From a bacterium (GTDB lineage: Bacteria; Patescibacteriota; Minisyncoccia; JAHIHE01; DAOWLE01): a stretch of 62,430 bases of DNA. Location: contig DAOWLE010000005.1 of NCBI GenBank assembly GCA_030643545.1, forward strand, positions 1 to 62,430. The letters are read 5' to 3'. Shown here one piece after another: positions 18,244-28,644 of the stretch; positions within the stretch are counted from its first letter, which is position 1; every line of letters starts with the position of its first letter. A program made the position numbers and the translations under genes. The notes below the pieces were generated by a model. It worked only from the letters and a program-made list of their open reading frames with translations. It made no database searches and was not told the origin of the DNA.

Positions 18244-18963
18244 ATGAGCGGTCATTCAAAATGGAGCAAAGTTAAACATCAGAAAGCGGTTACTGATGTT
18301 CAAAAAGGAAAAATCTTTTCTAAGATGGCAAAAATAATTACTGTAAACGCAAGAGACGGAGGAGATCCAGAAACAAATTCCGGATTGCGAATAGCAATTG
18401 AAAAAGCGCGGTCAGTGAATATGCCCAGAGATAATATTGAGCGGGCGATTAAAAAAGGAACCGGCGAATTAAGCGGAGAAAAAATTGAGGAAATTTTTTA
18501 CGAGGCCTACGGACCGAGCGGAATTGCTTTGATTATTAAAACGATTACCGACAACAAAAACCGGACTATTTCTGAAATTAAAAATATTTTAGGAAAACAT
18601 TCGGGCCGTCTTGGAGAGACCGGAAGCGTTAAATGGATGTTTGAAGAACGCGGTATTTTAGAATTGAAAATTTCCGAAAAAGATAATTTAGATGATTTAG
18701 AAATGGAAATTATTGACGCCGGCGCTGAAGATATTAAAAAACGGGACAGTATTTTAGAAGTTCAGACAAAGCCGACAGAATTAAATAATGTCAAAAATAA
18801 TTTAGAAACAAAAGGAATAAAGGTTGATTCATTCAGTTTGGAATGGGCGCCGAAAAATCCGGTTGAAGTAAAAGACGAAAAAAGCAAAGCGCAAATTGAA
18901 AAACTTTTTGAAGCGTTGGATGAACAAGACGATATTCAGGAAATTTATTCTAATATGTCGTAG
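18244..18963 (+). CDS. YebC/PmpR-family transcriptional regulator
   Basis: MSGHSKWSKVKHQK N-terminus. Start set at ATG 18244. Confidence 0.9.
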   Translation: MSGHSKWSKVKHQKAVTDVQKGKIFSKMAKIITVNARDGGDPETNSGLRIAIEKARSVNMPRDNIERAIKKGTGELSGEKIEEIFYEAYGPSGIALIIKTITDNKNRTISEIKNILGKHSGRLGETGSVKWMFEERGILELKISEKDNLDDLEMEIIDAGAEDIKKRDSILEVQTKPTELNNVKNNLETKGIKVDSFSLEWAPKNPVEVKDEKSKAQIEKLFEALDEQDDIQEIYSNMS

Positions 18964-19008
18964 GCATCCAATGCCTCTGGTAAAATTTATAATTTATAAA
19001 AAAATATT

Positions 19009-20058
19009 ATGTTATTAAACAAAAATCAAAAAATCAAACAAAAAGATGAATTGGAAAATGAAACGGCTGTTTCAGAACTTCGTCGGGATTTAGTTTCCGG
19101 AACTTGGGTAGTTATCGCCACTGGCCGGGCTAAAAGACCTGATGATTTTAAAAAAGAAAAGAGGGAGAAAATCAAAGAAAGTCCGCGAAAATGCCCCTTT
19201 TGTAATTTAGCTTCACCCGAAGAAATCGGTGATACTTTAATTTATAAAAAATCAAATGGCGACTGGAGTTTAAGAGTTATTCCAAATAAATTCCCCGCTT
19301 TTGTCCATTCTGACGATTTGAACGAAAGAGAAGAAGGCCCGTATAATTTAATGGACGGAATCGGTTTTCACGAAGTTATTATTACCCGCGATCATTATCG
19401 CCAGATAGCACAATTTAATATTCAGGAAACAGCTGAAATTATTGACGCTTATCAGGAAAGATATCTTGCTCTGATGAATAAAAAATTTATTAATTATATT
19501 TCTATTTTCCACAATCATGGAAAAGAATCAGGCGCTTCTGTTGTCCATCCGCATTCGCAGTTAATCGCTATGCCAGTGATTGATCCGGACATTGCCAGAA
19601 GTTTGCTCGGTTCGGCGAATTATTATCAGTCAAACCGCCAGTGCGTCCATTGTGAAATGATTGGTTGGGAAATGGAAGAAAAAAAACGAATTATTTTTGA
19701 AAATAAAGATTTTGTTGTTTTTTGCCCGTTTGTTCCGCGATGCGCTTTTGAAACAAGAATTTATCCAAAAAAACATAAGTCCTATTTTGAAAGAATTAAC
19801 AATGAAGAAAAAATGAATCTTGCCGAAGCTTTGCAGATTGCTTTAGCAAAAATTTACAATGGCTTAAATGATCCGTCTTACAACTTTTTTATTCATACAG
19901 CTCCATGCGACGGGCAATCTTACGGCCATTATCACTGGCACTTGGAAATTCTGCCAAAAACTTCAATCTGGGCCGGTTTTGAATTAGGCACTGGAATTGA
20001 AATTTCAACTATCAGGCCAGAAGACGCGGCGGAATATTTAAGAAGCGTAAAAATTTAG
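19009..20058 (+). CDS. galT: galactose-1-phosphate uridylyltransferase-like (HIT superfamily)
   Basis: CPFCN zinc motif and active-site HPHSQL. Confidence 0.8.
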   Translation: MLLNKNQKIKQKDELENETAVSELRRDLVSGTWVVIATGRAKRPDDFKKEKREKIKESPRKCPFCNLASPEEIGDTLIYKKSNGDWSLRVIPNKFPAFVHSDDLNEREEGPYNLMDGIGFHEVIITRDHYRQIAQFNIQETAEIIDAYQERYLALMNKKFINYISIFHNHGKESGASVVHPHSQLIAMPVIDPDIARSLLGSANYYQSNRQCVHCEMIGWEMEEKKRIIFENKDFVVFCPFVPRCAFETRIYPKKHKSYFERINNEEKMNLAEALQIALAKIYNGLNDPSYNFFIHTAPCDGQSYGHYHWHLEILPKTSIWAGFELGTGIEISTIRPEDAAEYLRSVKI

Positions 20059-20067
20059 AAAAATAAA

Positions 20068-20550
20068 ATGGATATTTCAAATTTTCAAAATTTTCCTCCG
20101 GAATTGGCAACTTTTTTAATTGCCGCTTCGCCAATTGTTGAATTAAGAGGAGCTATTCCGTTTGCTTTAACTATCTTTGAACTTTCTCCAACTACTGCTT
20201 ATTTTGTGGCTGTTTTAGGAAATATTTTTTCAATGCTTTTAGCGTTAATTTTATTAGAGCCGCTGTCAAAATTTTTAATGAAACATTTTAAATTTTTTGA
20301 TGTTTTTTTTACAAATCTTTTTGAAAAAACAAGAAAAAAACACAATTATCGTTTTGAAAAATGGGGAGCGTTAGCTTTGATAAGTTTTGTAGCGATTCCT
20401 TTGCCTTTTACCGGCGGCTGGACTGGCGCGGTAGCCGCTTTCGTTTTCGGCGTTCCATTCCGTAGAGCGGCGATTTTAATCAGCTTTGGAATAATGATCG
20501 CCGGACTTTTAGTTACCGGAATAAGTTTGGGAGCGATTAACGCAGTTTGA
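20068..20550 (+). CDS. small membrane protein (small multidrug export / COG2426-like)
   Basis: ASPIVELRGAIPFAL motif. 4 TM segments. Confidence 0.5.
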   Translation: MDISNFQNFPPELATFLIAASPIVELRGAIPFALTIFELSPTTAYFVAVLGNIFSMLLALILLEPLSKFLMKHFKFFDVFFTNLFEKTRKKHNYRFEKWGALALISFVAIPLPFTGGWTGAVAAFVFGVPFRRAAILISFGIMIAGLLVTGISLGAINAV

Positions 20551-20586
20551 AAAAAATAAAACTATAACTCAAAAATAAAAACAATA

Positions 20587-21684
20587 ATGTCAAAATTCAA
20601 AAACAAAAAAATAATTCTCCTGCTTGTTTTTTTTATTGCAATTTCTTTAATCGGCGTCGGCTTTAAACAGGGATGGTGGAAATCCTCGCAGTTTGAAGTT
20701 TTGAGCCAAAACATTTCAACAAAAATAGTCAGCAGTTCAGAAGACAATAAAAAAACAAAAGTTAATGAATTGCCAGCGGAAAATTCTCCAAAAAATCCGA
20801 TTACCAGTTTGGCCTGCCAGCGGGCAAGCCAGCGGCCATTTGCGGTAATGATGGCTTCTGATGAAATCGCCCGTCCACTTTCTGGAATTAGCTCGGCAGA
20901 TTTGGTTTTTGAAATGCCGGTTGTCAGCGGCGGCATTACCCGGCTGATGGCTTTTTATAATTGCGAACTTCCCGGAGAAATCGGCAGCATCAGAAGCGCC
21001 CGCCATGATTTTATTCCTTTAGCCCAAGGTTTTGGCGCGATTTTTGTACACTGGGGCGGTTCTCATTTTGCTTTGGATAAATTGAATAAAAAAATAATTG
21101 ATAATATTGACGCCTTGAGAAATCCTTATTCCGCTTTTTATCGGCAAAAAGGAATTTCCAGCCCTCACAACGGATTCAGTTCGGGCAGCCGGTTGATCAA
21201 CTCTTCTGATAAATTAGGTTATGATTTAAAAAATAATTTTGAAGGATATCCGCATCTTGAAACTCATAACTTAGAACTTGGAACTGAAAAAAAAGTTTTG
21301 AAAATCGGCTATCCTTATCCTTTTAATATTAAATACGAATATAATCCGGAAACAAATTCTTACAAGCGCTGGCGGGGCAATAAGCCGGAAATAGATAAAA
21401 TAAATTCAAAGCAAGTAGAAGTTAAAAATGTAGTAGTGATGAAAGCCCGGTCCCGGCAAATTGAAGGGCAATATAATGATGTGGATATTGAAGGCGGAGG
21501 CGATTTGGAAGTTTATCAATTGGGAAAAATAATTAAAGGAAAATGGAAAAAAGATAAGGCAGATAAAAAAAGTAAACTTTATTTTTTAAACGAGCAAGGT
21601 GAAGAAATAAAATTTGTTCCAGGAAAAATTTGGGTGGAAATTGTTGAACCGTATCAAGTGGTGAAATACGAAAATGAAAATTAA
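20587..21684 (+). CDS. DUF3048-like secreted/lipoprotein
   Basis: N-terminal TM/signal. RPFAVMMASDEIARPLSGISSADLVFEMPVVSGGITRLMAFY resembles the DUF3048 (YerB-like) core. Confidence 0.55.
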   Translation: MSKFKNKKIILLLVFFIAISLIGVGFKQGWWKSSQFEVLSQNISTKIVSSSEDNKKTKVNELPAENSPKNPITSLACQRASQRPFAVMMASDEIARPLSGISSADLVFEMPVVSGGITRLMAFYNCELPGEIGSIRSARHDFIPLAQGFGAIFVHWGGSHFALDKLNKKIIDNIDALRNPYSAFYRQKGISSPHNGFSSGSRLINSSDKLGYDLKNNFEGYPHLETHNLELGTEKKVLKIGYPYPFNIKYEYNPETNSYKRWRGNKPEIDKINSKQVEVKNVVVMKARSRQIEGQYNDVDIEGGGDLEVYQLGKIIKGKWKKDKADKKSKLYFLNEQGEEIKFVPGKIWVEIVEPYQVVKYENEN

Positions 21685-22660
21685 ATTTATGATTATCTTT
21701 TTATATGGCCAAGACAATTTTCGTTCACGGGAAAAACTCAATGAAATTATTGAGCGATTTAAAAAAGATGGTAAAAACGATCTTAGTTTAGAAATATTTG
21801 ACGGAGAAAATCTTGAATTTAATTTTTTTAAAAACGCGCTGACAACGCTTTCTTTTTTTAGTTCTAAAAAATTAATTATTGTTAAAAATTTATTAGCCAA
21901 AGGATCAACAAAACTTTTAGAAGAATTTAGCGAATACAAATCTCAATTAGACAGCAAAGATACAGTTGTTGTTTTTTGGGAAGAAAAAGATCCTGATAAA
22001 CGGACAAAATTATTTAAGTTTTTTAAAAAAACAGGTAAATGCCAGGAATTCAAGCTTCTTGAAAATTACCAAATAACCGATTGGATTAAAAAAGAATTAG
22101 AAAAAACAAATACTGCCAAGACCGGGTCTTGTTTAATTTCCTCGGAAGCGCAAAAAAAAATAGCTGCTTTTGTCGGCAGCAATCTTTGGCAGATGAAAAA
22201 TGAAATTAATAAACTTGCTTCTTATAAACTTGGTAGGATAGAATCCGATGATATTGACACTTTGGTCGCTTCGTCAATAACGAGCAATGTTTTTGATATT
22301 GTTGACGCTTTAGGAAATAAAAATCAAAAAGACGCTTTAAAATTTTTGCATGAACAATTGGAAAAAGGAGAAAACGCAATTTATCTTTTTACAATGATTG
22401 TTTATCAGTTTAGAAATTTGATAAAAGTGAAATCTTGTTTTGGGAGCGCTGCGGAGACCGAGTCTCCGCAAAGTATATCAAAAGAAACTGGACTACATCC
22501 TTATGTTGCGCAAAAAACGATTGCCCAGACAAAAAAATTTTCCTTAACGGAACTTAAGGAAAATTATCAAAAATTGCTTAATTTTGATTTATTAATAAAA
22601 ACTGGAAAAATAGAGCCTGTTGCGGCTTTGGATTTGTTAATTATTCAAATGACAAGCTAA
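21674..22660 (+). CDS. holA: DNA polymerase III delta subunit-like
   Basis: 328 aa. IFLYGQDNF N-terminus and clamp-loader-delta-like layout. Adjacent to rpsT as in many bacteria. Exact start uncertain. Confidence 0.6.
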   Translation: MKIKFMIIFLYGQDNFRSREKLNEIIERFKKDGKNDLSLEIFDGENLEFNFFKNALTTLSFFSSKKLIIVKNLLAKGSTKLLEEFSEYKSQLDSKDTVVVFWEEKDPDKRTKLFKFFKKTGKCQEFKLLENYQITDWIKKELEKTNTAKTGSCLISSEAQKKIAAFVGSNLWQMKNEINKLASYKLGRIESDDIDTLVASSITSNVFDIVDALGNKNQKDALKFLHEQLEKGENAIYLFTMIVYQFRNLIKVKSCFGSAAETESPQSISKETGLHPYVAQKTIAQTKKFSLTELKENYQKLLNFDLLIKTGKIEPVAALDLLIIQMTS

Positions 22661-22664
22661 TTTT

Positions 22665-22934
22665 TTATTTAGAATTCAACCGATTAATTGACTTGGCTAA
22701 TCTTGACTTTTTTCTCGCAGCAGTATTTTTTTTAATTATTCCTTTTTTAGCCGCCTTGTCAATCGCTTTGTATCCTTTGCTTAAATTTTCCTGAGCTTCT
22801 TTTCTCTTGCCGCTTCCAATAAAGGACTTTACTTTTTTAACTTGGCCCTTCATTCTATTTTTAACTCTTAAATTTTCCAGTTTTCTTTTTTTATTTTGTC
22901 TTAAAGCTTTTTTTGCAGATTTAATAATAGGCAT
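22665..22934 (-). CDS. rpsT: 30S ribosomal protein S20
   Basis: MPIIKSAKKALRQNKKR.. 89 aa, basic. Confidence 0.9.
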   Translation of the reverse strand: MPIIKSAKKALRQNKKRKLENLRVKNRMKGQVKKVKSFIGSGKRKEAQENLSKGYKAIDKAAKKGIIKKNTAARKKSRLAKSINRLNSK

Positions 22935-23060
22935 AATTTTAATTTAAAAATTTTAATTCTTCACTTATTTATTCTATCATCATTTGCCAGTTTAGTCAAA
23001 TTAGGGTAAAATATTAGTAAGGAGCAAAATATTTTCACTATATAATTATATAAAAAATTT

Positions 23061-23687
23061 ATGGCTGCTAATTTTAGAAAAAAAATATATCTTAAAATAT
23101 TAATCCTGATTATTGCGATTGCTCTTTTAATTTTTTTCGGCATTAGGCCTATTTTTTCTAAAATCAACCAAACAAGCCAGAAGATTCAGGAAACCAAATT
23201 TATTTTGAGCGAATTTGACCAGCAGAAAAAATATTTAGAAAGTTTGGAAAACGATTCTGAAAAAATTAAAGAAGAAAATATTACTTTATCTCAAGTTCTT
23301 ATTGAGCCGCAGAATATTGTCAGTTTTATTATTGCTTTAGAAAGAATTGCCGATGTTACAGAAAACCAAATGGAAATTAGCGTTGTCGCGCCAAAAAAAG
23401 AAAACGCGTTAAACAATCCCGCCCAGCAATCAGTTTCAAAAGATGAATTCTATAATGTTCCGTTTAATTTAAGTTTAGAAGGAAAATTTAATTCATTGAT
23501 GGATTTTTTGGTCTTGCTGGAAAATATGGAATATTATGTTGATGTCGGCTCAATTAATATTGAAGCAATGACAGAGCAAGTCCAACTTGAAAATAAAGAA
23601 ATGATAGAACAATATTTAGGAACTATTAGAACTAATCTTTTCATAAAAGTTTATACCAATCAGCCGGCGCCGAGAGATTTTTGGTAA
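23061..23687 (+). CDS. membrane-anchored coiled-coil protein (PilO-like layout)
   Basis: N-terminal TM, then a coiled coil, then a C-terminal globular part. No sequence motif recognised. Confidence 0.35.
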   Translation: MAANFRKKIYLKILILIIAIALLIFFGIRPIFSKINQTSQKIQETKFILSEFDQQKKYLESLENDSEKIKEENITLSQVLIEPQNIVSFIIALERIADVTENQMEISVVAPKKENALNNPAQQSVSKDEFYNVPFNLSLEGKFNSLMDFLVLLENMEYYVDVGSINIEAMTEQVQLENKEMIEQYLGTIRTNLFIKVYTNQPAPRDFW

Positions 23688-23738
23688 TTTTTTTGATTAA
23701 AATTCAATATAAAACAAACAACAAAAACAAAAATCAAC

Positions 23739-23775
23739 AAAACAAAATCCCGCCAAATAAGCGGGGTTTTGTTTT
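23739..23775. terminator. bidirectional intrinsic terminator
   Basis: AAAACAAAATCCCGC-caaataa-GCGGGGTTTTGTTTT between convergent 23061..23687 and dnaK. Confidence 0.7.
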
Positions 23776-23788
23776 ATCTGATAAATAT

Positions 23789-25648
23789 TTATTTATTTTC
23801 AGGTTTTTTTGGCTCTTCATATTCTCCTTCAATCGGACCCTTATCATCTTTTTTATCTTCTGGCTTTTTTTGATTTTCAGCTCCAGCTCCGGCGGCTGGA
23901 CCGGCTTGCTGATAAAGTTCAGCGCCGATTTTTTGGATTGCCTGGCTTAATTCGTCAGAAGATTTTTTAATCGCTTCAATATCATCGCCGTCTTTTACTT
24001 TTTTCAAATCAGCGATTTTTTCTTCCACTTCTTTTTTATTTTCTTCCTTAACCTTATCTTTGACATCACGTAAAGTTTTTTCCGTAGAATAAATTAAAGT
24101 ATCAGCCACATTTCTTGCGTCGATCAAATCTTTTTTCTTTCGGTCGTCAGCCGAATGCGCTTCAGCTTCTTTTTTCATTTTTTCTATTTCGTCTTTGTTC
24201 AATCTGGAAGAATCTTTAATAGTAATGTGCTGGCTTTTTCCGGTTGCTTTATCTTTCGCTGTCACAGTCAGAATCCCGTCAGCGTTAATATCAAAAACAA
24301 CTTCAACCTGTGGCATTCCGCGCGGCGCCGGAGGAATTCCGTCTAAAAGAAATCTTCCTAATGTTTTATTGTCGCCAGCCATTTCCCGTTCGCCCTGCAA
24401 AACATGAATTTCTACTGATGTTTGGCTGTCAGCGGCTGTGGAAAAAACTTGCGTTTTGGAAGTCGGCACAGTTGTATTTCGTTCAATCAAAGAAGTCCGC
24501 ACTCCGCCTAAAGTTTCAATCCCCAAAGTCAAGGGAGTAACATCTAAAAGCAAAACATCTTTTACTTCGCCGGTTAAAACGCCGGCCTGAACAGCCGCTC
24601 CCATTGCCACGCATTCCATCGGATCAATTCCTCTTTCTATTTTCTTGCCGATATAATCTTCAACAAATTTTTGGACAATTGGCATTCTTGTCGGACCGCC
24701 GACTAAAATAATTTTAGTAATATCATTTGGAGTTAATTTTGTATCACTTAAAGATTTCTCAAGAGGTTCGCGGCATTTTTCAATAATATCTTTTACTAAT
24801 TCTTCAAGTTTTGCCCGAGTAATTTTCATCGTTAAGTGTTTCGGGCCTGAAGAGTCAGCGGTAATAAACGGAAGATTAATATCGGTTTCAAGAGTTGAGG
24901 AAAGTTCAATCTTCGCTTTTTCCGCCGCTTCATTAAGCCGTTCCATCGCCATTTTATCTTGCGTTAAATCAATTCCAGTATCACTTTTGAATTGTTCAAC
25001 AATATAATTTAAAAGTATCTCGTCCATATCCCGTCCGCCAAGATTGGTGTCTCCGGAAGTTGAAAGAACTTCAAAAACGCCTTCGCCGAATTCCATAATT
25101 GTTACATCAAGAGTTCCGCCGCCAAAATCAAAAACAAGAATTTTTTCTTCTTTGCCGGCTTTGTCAACTCCGTAAGCAAGACAGGCCGCCGTCGGTTCGT
25201 TAATCAATCTAAGAACTTTTAATCCGGCAATTTCCCCGGCGTCTTTTGTGGCTTGCCTTTGGGCATCGTCAAAATACGCAGGCACAGTGATAACCGCTTT
25301 TTCAATCCGTTCGCCCAAATAAGATTCTGCGTCTTTTTTAATTTTCTGCAGAATAAAAGCGGAGATTTGTTCCGGAGTATATTCTTTTTCAGAAATTTTA
25401 TACTTATGGCTTGATCCCATCTTTCTTTTGGCGCCGGCAATTGTTTTTTCCGGATTGCTTACTGCTTGTCGCCGCGCCGGCTCGCCGACTAATAATTCGT
25501 CTTTCGCTCCAAAAGCAACAATAGAAGGAAACGCTTTGCCGCCAACTGTCGTTCCTTCAGCTGAAGGAATAATTGTCGGCTTGCCGCCTTCAACAACCGC
25601 CGCCGCAGAGTTAGATGTTCCCAAGTCAATTCCAATTATCTTTTCCAT
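23789..25648 (-). CDS. dnaK: molecular chaperone DnaK (Hsp70)
   Basis: [17 protein letters not shown], 619 aa. Confidence 0.97.
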   Translation of the reverse strand: MEKIIGIDLGTSNSAAAVVEGGKPTIIPSAEGTTVGGKAFPSIVAFGAKDELLVGEPARRQAVSNPEKTIAGAKRKMGSSHKYKISEKEYTPEQISAFILQKIKKDAESYLGERIEKAVITVPAYFDDAQRQATKDAGEIAGLKVLRLINEPTAACLAYGVDKAGKEEKILVFDFGGGTLDVTIMEFGEGVFEVLSTSGDTNLGGRDMDEILLNYIVEQFKSDTGIDLTQDKMAMERLNEAAEKAKIELSSTLETDINLPFITADSSGPKHLTMKITRAKLEELVKDIIEKCREPLEKSLSDTKLTPNDITKIILVGGPTRMPIVQKFVEDYIGKKIERGIDPMECVAMGAAVQAGVLTGEVKDVLLLDVTPLTLGIETLGGVRTSLIERNTTVPTSKTQVFSTAADSQTSVEIHVLQGEREMAGDNKTLGRFLLDGIPPAPRGMPQVEVVFDINADGILTVTAKDKATGKSQHITIKDSSRLNKDEIEKMKKEAEAHSADDRKKKDLIDARNVADTLIYSTEKTLRDVKDKVKEENKKEVEEKIADLKKVKDGDDIEAIKKSSDELSQAIQKIGAELYQQAGPAAGAGAENQKKPEDKKDDKGPIEGEYEEPKKPENK

Positions 25649-25686
25649 ATTATTTTTTTCCTTTCTTTTAATTATTTAACTTAATT

Positions 25687-26160
25687 TTAATTTAAACAGG
25701 TAATTTTTACTTTTGCCGTTCTAATTACTTGTTGATTTAAAAGATAACCCTTTTGCACTTCTTCAATAATTTCATTTTCTTTTTTATTTTCCAATTCAAC
25801 TTTTTCAACCGCCTCGTGCAGATTCGGATTAAAAATTTCACCGACTGATTTTATTTCTTCCAACCCTTTTTCATTAAGCAAACTTTCAAGCTGATTTTTT
25901 ATCTGTAATATTCCTTTTGCCCATTCGGAATTTTTTAATTCTTCAGGCAAGTGCTGCCCGGCTGATTTAAAAGCGTCTAAAGTCGGCAAAATTTCTAAGA
26001 TTAAGTTTTGATTTGCCATTTGATCAAGTTCGTTAAAAACTTTCGCCTGTCTTTTTTTATAATTTTCAAAATCCGCTTTTGTCCTTTGCCATCCGCTTAA
26101 ATATTCCTCGGATTGTTTTTTGCATTTTTCCAATTCTTTTTTTGAATCTTTTTTTTCCAT
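25687..26160 (-). CDS. grpE: nucleotide exchange factor GrpE
   Basis: 157 aa, immediately upstream of dnaK. GrpE-like C-terminal beta domain (..VQKGYLLNQQVIRTAKV). Confidence 0.9.
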   Translation of the reverse strand: MEKKDSKKELEKCKKQSEEYLSGWQRTKADFENYKKRQAKVFNELDQMANQNLILEILPTLDAFKSAGQHLPEELKNSEWAKGILQIKNQLESLLNEKGLEEIKSVGEIFNPNLHEAVEKVELENKKENEIIEEVQKGYLLNQQVIRTAKVKITCLN

Positions 26161-26178
26161 TGCTTTATAAATTATAAT

Positions 26179-26253
26179 TGGAGCGGGCGAGCGGAATTGA
26201 ACCGCCGTCTCAGCCTTGGCAAGGCCGTATAATAACCACTATACGACGCCCGC
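26179..26253 (-). tRNA. tRNA-Gly (anticodon GCC)
   Basis: GCGGGCG acceptor, anticodon loop TTGCCAA, T-loop TTCAATT, CCA encoded. Confidence 0.9.
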
Positions 26254-26285
26254 GGTGAAAATTCAAAATGTAAATATCAAAAATT

Positions 26286-26303
26286 AAAATGACAATGTAA
26301 AAT
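26286..26303 (+). repeat. AAAATGACAATGTAAAAT motif (four-helix-bundle cassette end family)
   Basis: Identical 18-mer also at 56203..56220. Inverted partner at 26351..26376. Confidence 0.7.
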
Positions 26304-26350
26304 TAAAAATTAACTAATGTTAAAATAGTTTTAAATTTATTTCATTTTAA

Positions 26351-26376
26351 CATTTTAATTTGTCATTTTGCATTTT
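26351..26376 (-). repeat. inverted copy of the same motif (AAAATGCAAAATGACAAATTAAAATG on minus strand)
   Basis: The reverse complement reads ATG CAA AAT GAC AAA.. like 57781..57801 and like the 4HB gene start. Confidence 0.6.
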
Positions 26377-26379
26377 ATG

Positions 26380-26452
26380 TGCCGGGACTCGGAATCGAAC
26401 CGAGGACACCAGGATTTTCAGTCCTGTGCTCTACCGACTGAGCTATCCCGGC
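26380..26452 (-). tRNA. tRNA-Phe (anticodon GAA)
   Basis: GCCGGGATAGCTCAGTCGGTAGAGCAC.., anticodon loop CTGAAAA, T-loop TTCGATT. Confidence 0.9.
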
Positions 26453-26463
26453 AAAATTAAAAA

Positions 26464-28626
26464 TTATTTAATATATTCTTCAAATTCTTCATCTGAAAGT
26501 TCAATTATATTTTCCCATTTGTATCCGGCAGACTTGAATTCCTCAGCGGATTTAATCCATTCGCCTTTTCCGTTTTTAACAACATAAATTTTTGCTCCTC
26601 TTTCTCTTTTAATTAAAGTCCGATCAGGATATTTTAAGAAAGCGCCCAAAGAATATAAATTTATTTCTTTTTCCAAAACAATAATCACATTCTGCCATTG
26701 GTAACCGCGGGATTCAAAAATTTCTAATGATTTTATTTCTTTTTTTTGATTATCTTCAATTAAATAAACTGTTCCTGAATTTTTTGCCCGCAAAAGCGTT
26801 CCATTCTGATAAAGAACCGGCTCGCCAGTCGGATATAAATTTAATTCTTCTTGGGAAATTTCAATAATTTTTGTCCAGCAATAATTCAAATGATTTAAAA
26901 GCTGTCCTGAAGCAATTTCTCTTTTCTTTCCGCTTTCAATCAGCCAGACAATTGAACCGCCTTTTTTTCTGATTAAATTTCCATCCGGATATAAAAGCGG
27001 ATTGCCAATGGAATAAAAAGAAAGTTCTTGATTTGAAATCTTTAAAATATCGCTCCACTTATATTCCAGTATATCAAATAAATTCGCTGATGTAAACTTT
27101 CGCTTTTGCTCTCCTTCTGTCAGAAATATTGTTGCGGAATTTCCCTGAATTAAAGTTCCAGACGGATAAAGTGACGGTTTTCCTTCTAAAAAACTTTCCA
27201 AATCATTTTCAGGCAGTTTTTTTACCTCGCTCCATTTATATCCAAGTTTTTCAAATAATAAACCGGAGGAAATCCATCGTTTTTTTCCGTTTTCAATAAA
27301 ATAAACTTTTGAATCTGCTCTGACTAAAGAATTATCCGGACCGTACTTAACTAATTTGCCGTTTTGATAAATCGTTAAATCCTTTTCAGAAATTTCTTTG
27401 ATATCAGCCCATTTAAAATTCAAATTATTAAATTGTTCGGCAGATACGGCTAATTTTCTTTTTTTGCCGTTTTCAATCAGCCAGACATCAGGAGAATTTT
27501 TTGATTTGAGCAAAGTTCCGTCAGGATATTTTTTTGTTTGATTTTGATTCTGCGAAGTATTACTTGGACCGAAATATTCTTGCCAAAGATTCCAAAAATT
27601 ATAATTTCCATTATAAATATGAGGTGTATATCGGTAAAGAAAAGCAGTCGCGTAATTTGCCGGGGTAACATCGGTTTTATCGTCCAACGCTTTTGCGGAA
27701 TTTGCTTTATAAGTAACGCCTTTTTGGTGGAGATGTTTATAATTTTCCGAATAGTCAAACCATCGCCGGAATTGCCAGCAAGCGCCGTCAACTTGATTGT
27801 AAAAACCTTTATTAGTTTCTTTCCATGCGCCCCTTTCCAAACATCCATAACCCATTGCCCAATTCAAAGCGTGATCCAATCCCTGTGGAGGATTTGAATC
27901 GTCAATCAAACTTTGCTCTTTTTGCAAAGTTACCAAAACAACTTTTGGATTTATTCTGTATTTTTGGGATAAATTATAAATAACTTCTGTCGCGGACAGT
28001 TCCTGTTCTCCTTGTTTTATTGTTGGAGCGCTTGAAGAAAAATAACACTGCCATTTTTCTTTCGCTTCTTCCTGAAGCTTCAGATTTAATTCTTCGCAGT
28101 AAAGATTATTAATTTTTTTTATCGTTGTCTCGCCAATATAGCCAGTGCCTTTGGTTAATCCCCACGGCGCCAAAACTTCATCAGCGTATTTTTCCTGGAA
28201 TTTTATGGCAGCGGCAATTGTTATCTGATCATAAATTTTTGTTTCTTTAACTTCTGGATAATATTTTTTTAAAAAAGTTTGGAGTTTTTCAACTTGCTGC
28301 ACGTCGTTATTTTCTTTATCCGGACTAACGCGAATTTCCGAGTCCAAATAAGGTTGGCAAGTTTGCTCATTTTCATTTTCATTTTCTTGTTTTGGCAACC
28401 GACAGAGATAATTTTTTAAAACTCCCTGCTTTTTTGTTAGAAAACTTTCAATATCTTTCAAAGCCATTGACTGATAATCCAACATTTCCTGGTCAGATAA
28501 AAGATTATTCGGATTAAATGTCTGAACTGTCTGGCTGTTTGCCTGAATGGAAAAAGAGGAAATAAAAAAAGGCAGGCAGATTATAAAAATAAAATTATTT
28601 TTTTTAATTTTTAATTTTTGAATCAT
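26464..28626 (-). CDS. secreted cell-wall-associated protein with six ~60-aa tandem repeats
   Basis: Signal peptide. PG-binding-like segment (VQQVEKLQTFLKKYYPEV). Six C-terminal repeats of pattern P.G.L......V(W/Y)LIE.GKKR.I.S...F..L.Y.W..I. Confidence 0.6.
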   Translation of the reverse strand: MIQKLKIKKNNFIFIICLPFFISSFSIQANSQTVQTFNPNNLLSDQEMLDYQSMALKDIESFLTKKQGVLKNYLCRLPKQENENENEQTCQPYLDSEIRVSPDKENNDVQQVEKLQTFLKKYYPEVKETKIYDQITIAAAIKFQEKYADEVLAPWGLTKGTGYIGETTIKKINNLYCEELNLKLQEEAKEKWQCYFSSSAPTIKQGEQELSATEVIYNLSQKYRINPKVVLVTLQKEQSLIDDSNPPQGLDHALNWAMGYGCLERGAWKETNKGFYNQVDGACWQFRRWFDYSENYKHLHQKGVTYKANSAKALDDKTDVTPANYATAFLYRYTPHIYNGNYNFWNLWQEYFGPSNTSQNQNQTKKYPDGTLLKSKNSPDVWLIENGKKRKLAVSAEQFNNLNFKWADIKEISEKDLTIYQNGKLVKYGPDNSLVRADSKVYFIENGKKRWISSGLLFEKLGYKWSEVKKLPENDLESFLEGKPSLYPSGTLIQGNSATIFLTEGEQKRKFTSANLFDILEYKWSDILKISNQELSFYSIGNPLLYPDGNLIRKKGGSIVWLIESGKKREIASGQLLNHLNYCWTKIIEISQEELNLYPTGEPVLYQNGTLLRAKNSGTVYLIEDNQKKEIKSLEIFESRGYQWQNVIIVLEKEINLYSLGAFLKYPDRTLIKRERGAKIYVVKNGKGEWIKSAEEFKSAGYKWENIIELSDEEFEEYIK

Positions 28627-28644
28627 TGTTTTAAAAAACTAAAA

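Noticed and set aside
20562-21006. Minus-strand ORFs 20562..20936 and 20737..21006
   Set aside because: They are antisense to the DUF3048-like gene, with no RBS or motif.
24155-25679. Several 60-80-aa ORFs on both strands inside dnaK (and similar ones inside metG, gpmI, PEPC, rny, recA, VirB4, VirB6, valS)
   Set aside because: They are fully nested in or antisense to strongly supported conserved genes. They are typical shadow ORFs.
26360-26587. 75-aa plus-strand ORF
   Set aside because: It lies antisense across tRNA-Phe and the 3' end of the 720-aa gene, so it is spurious.
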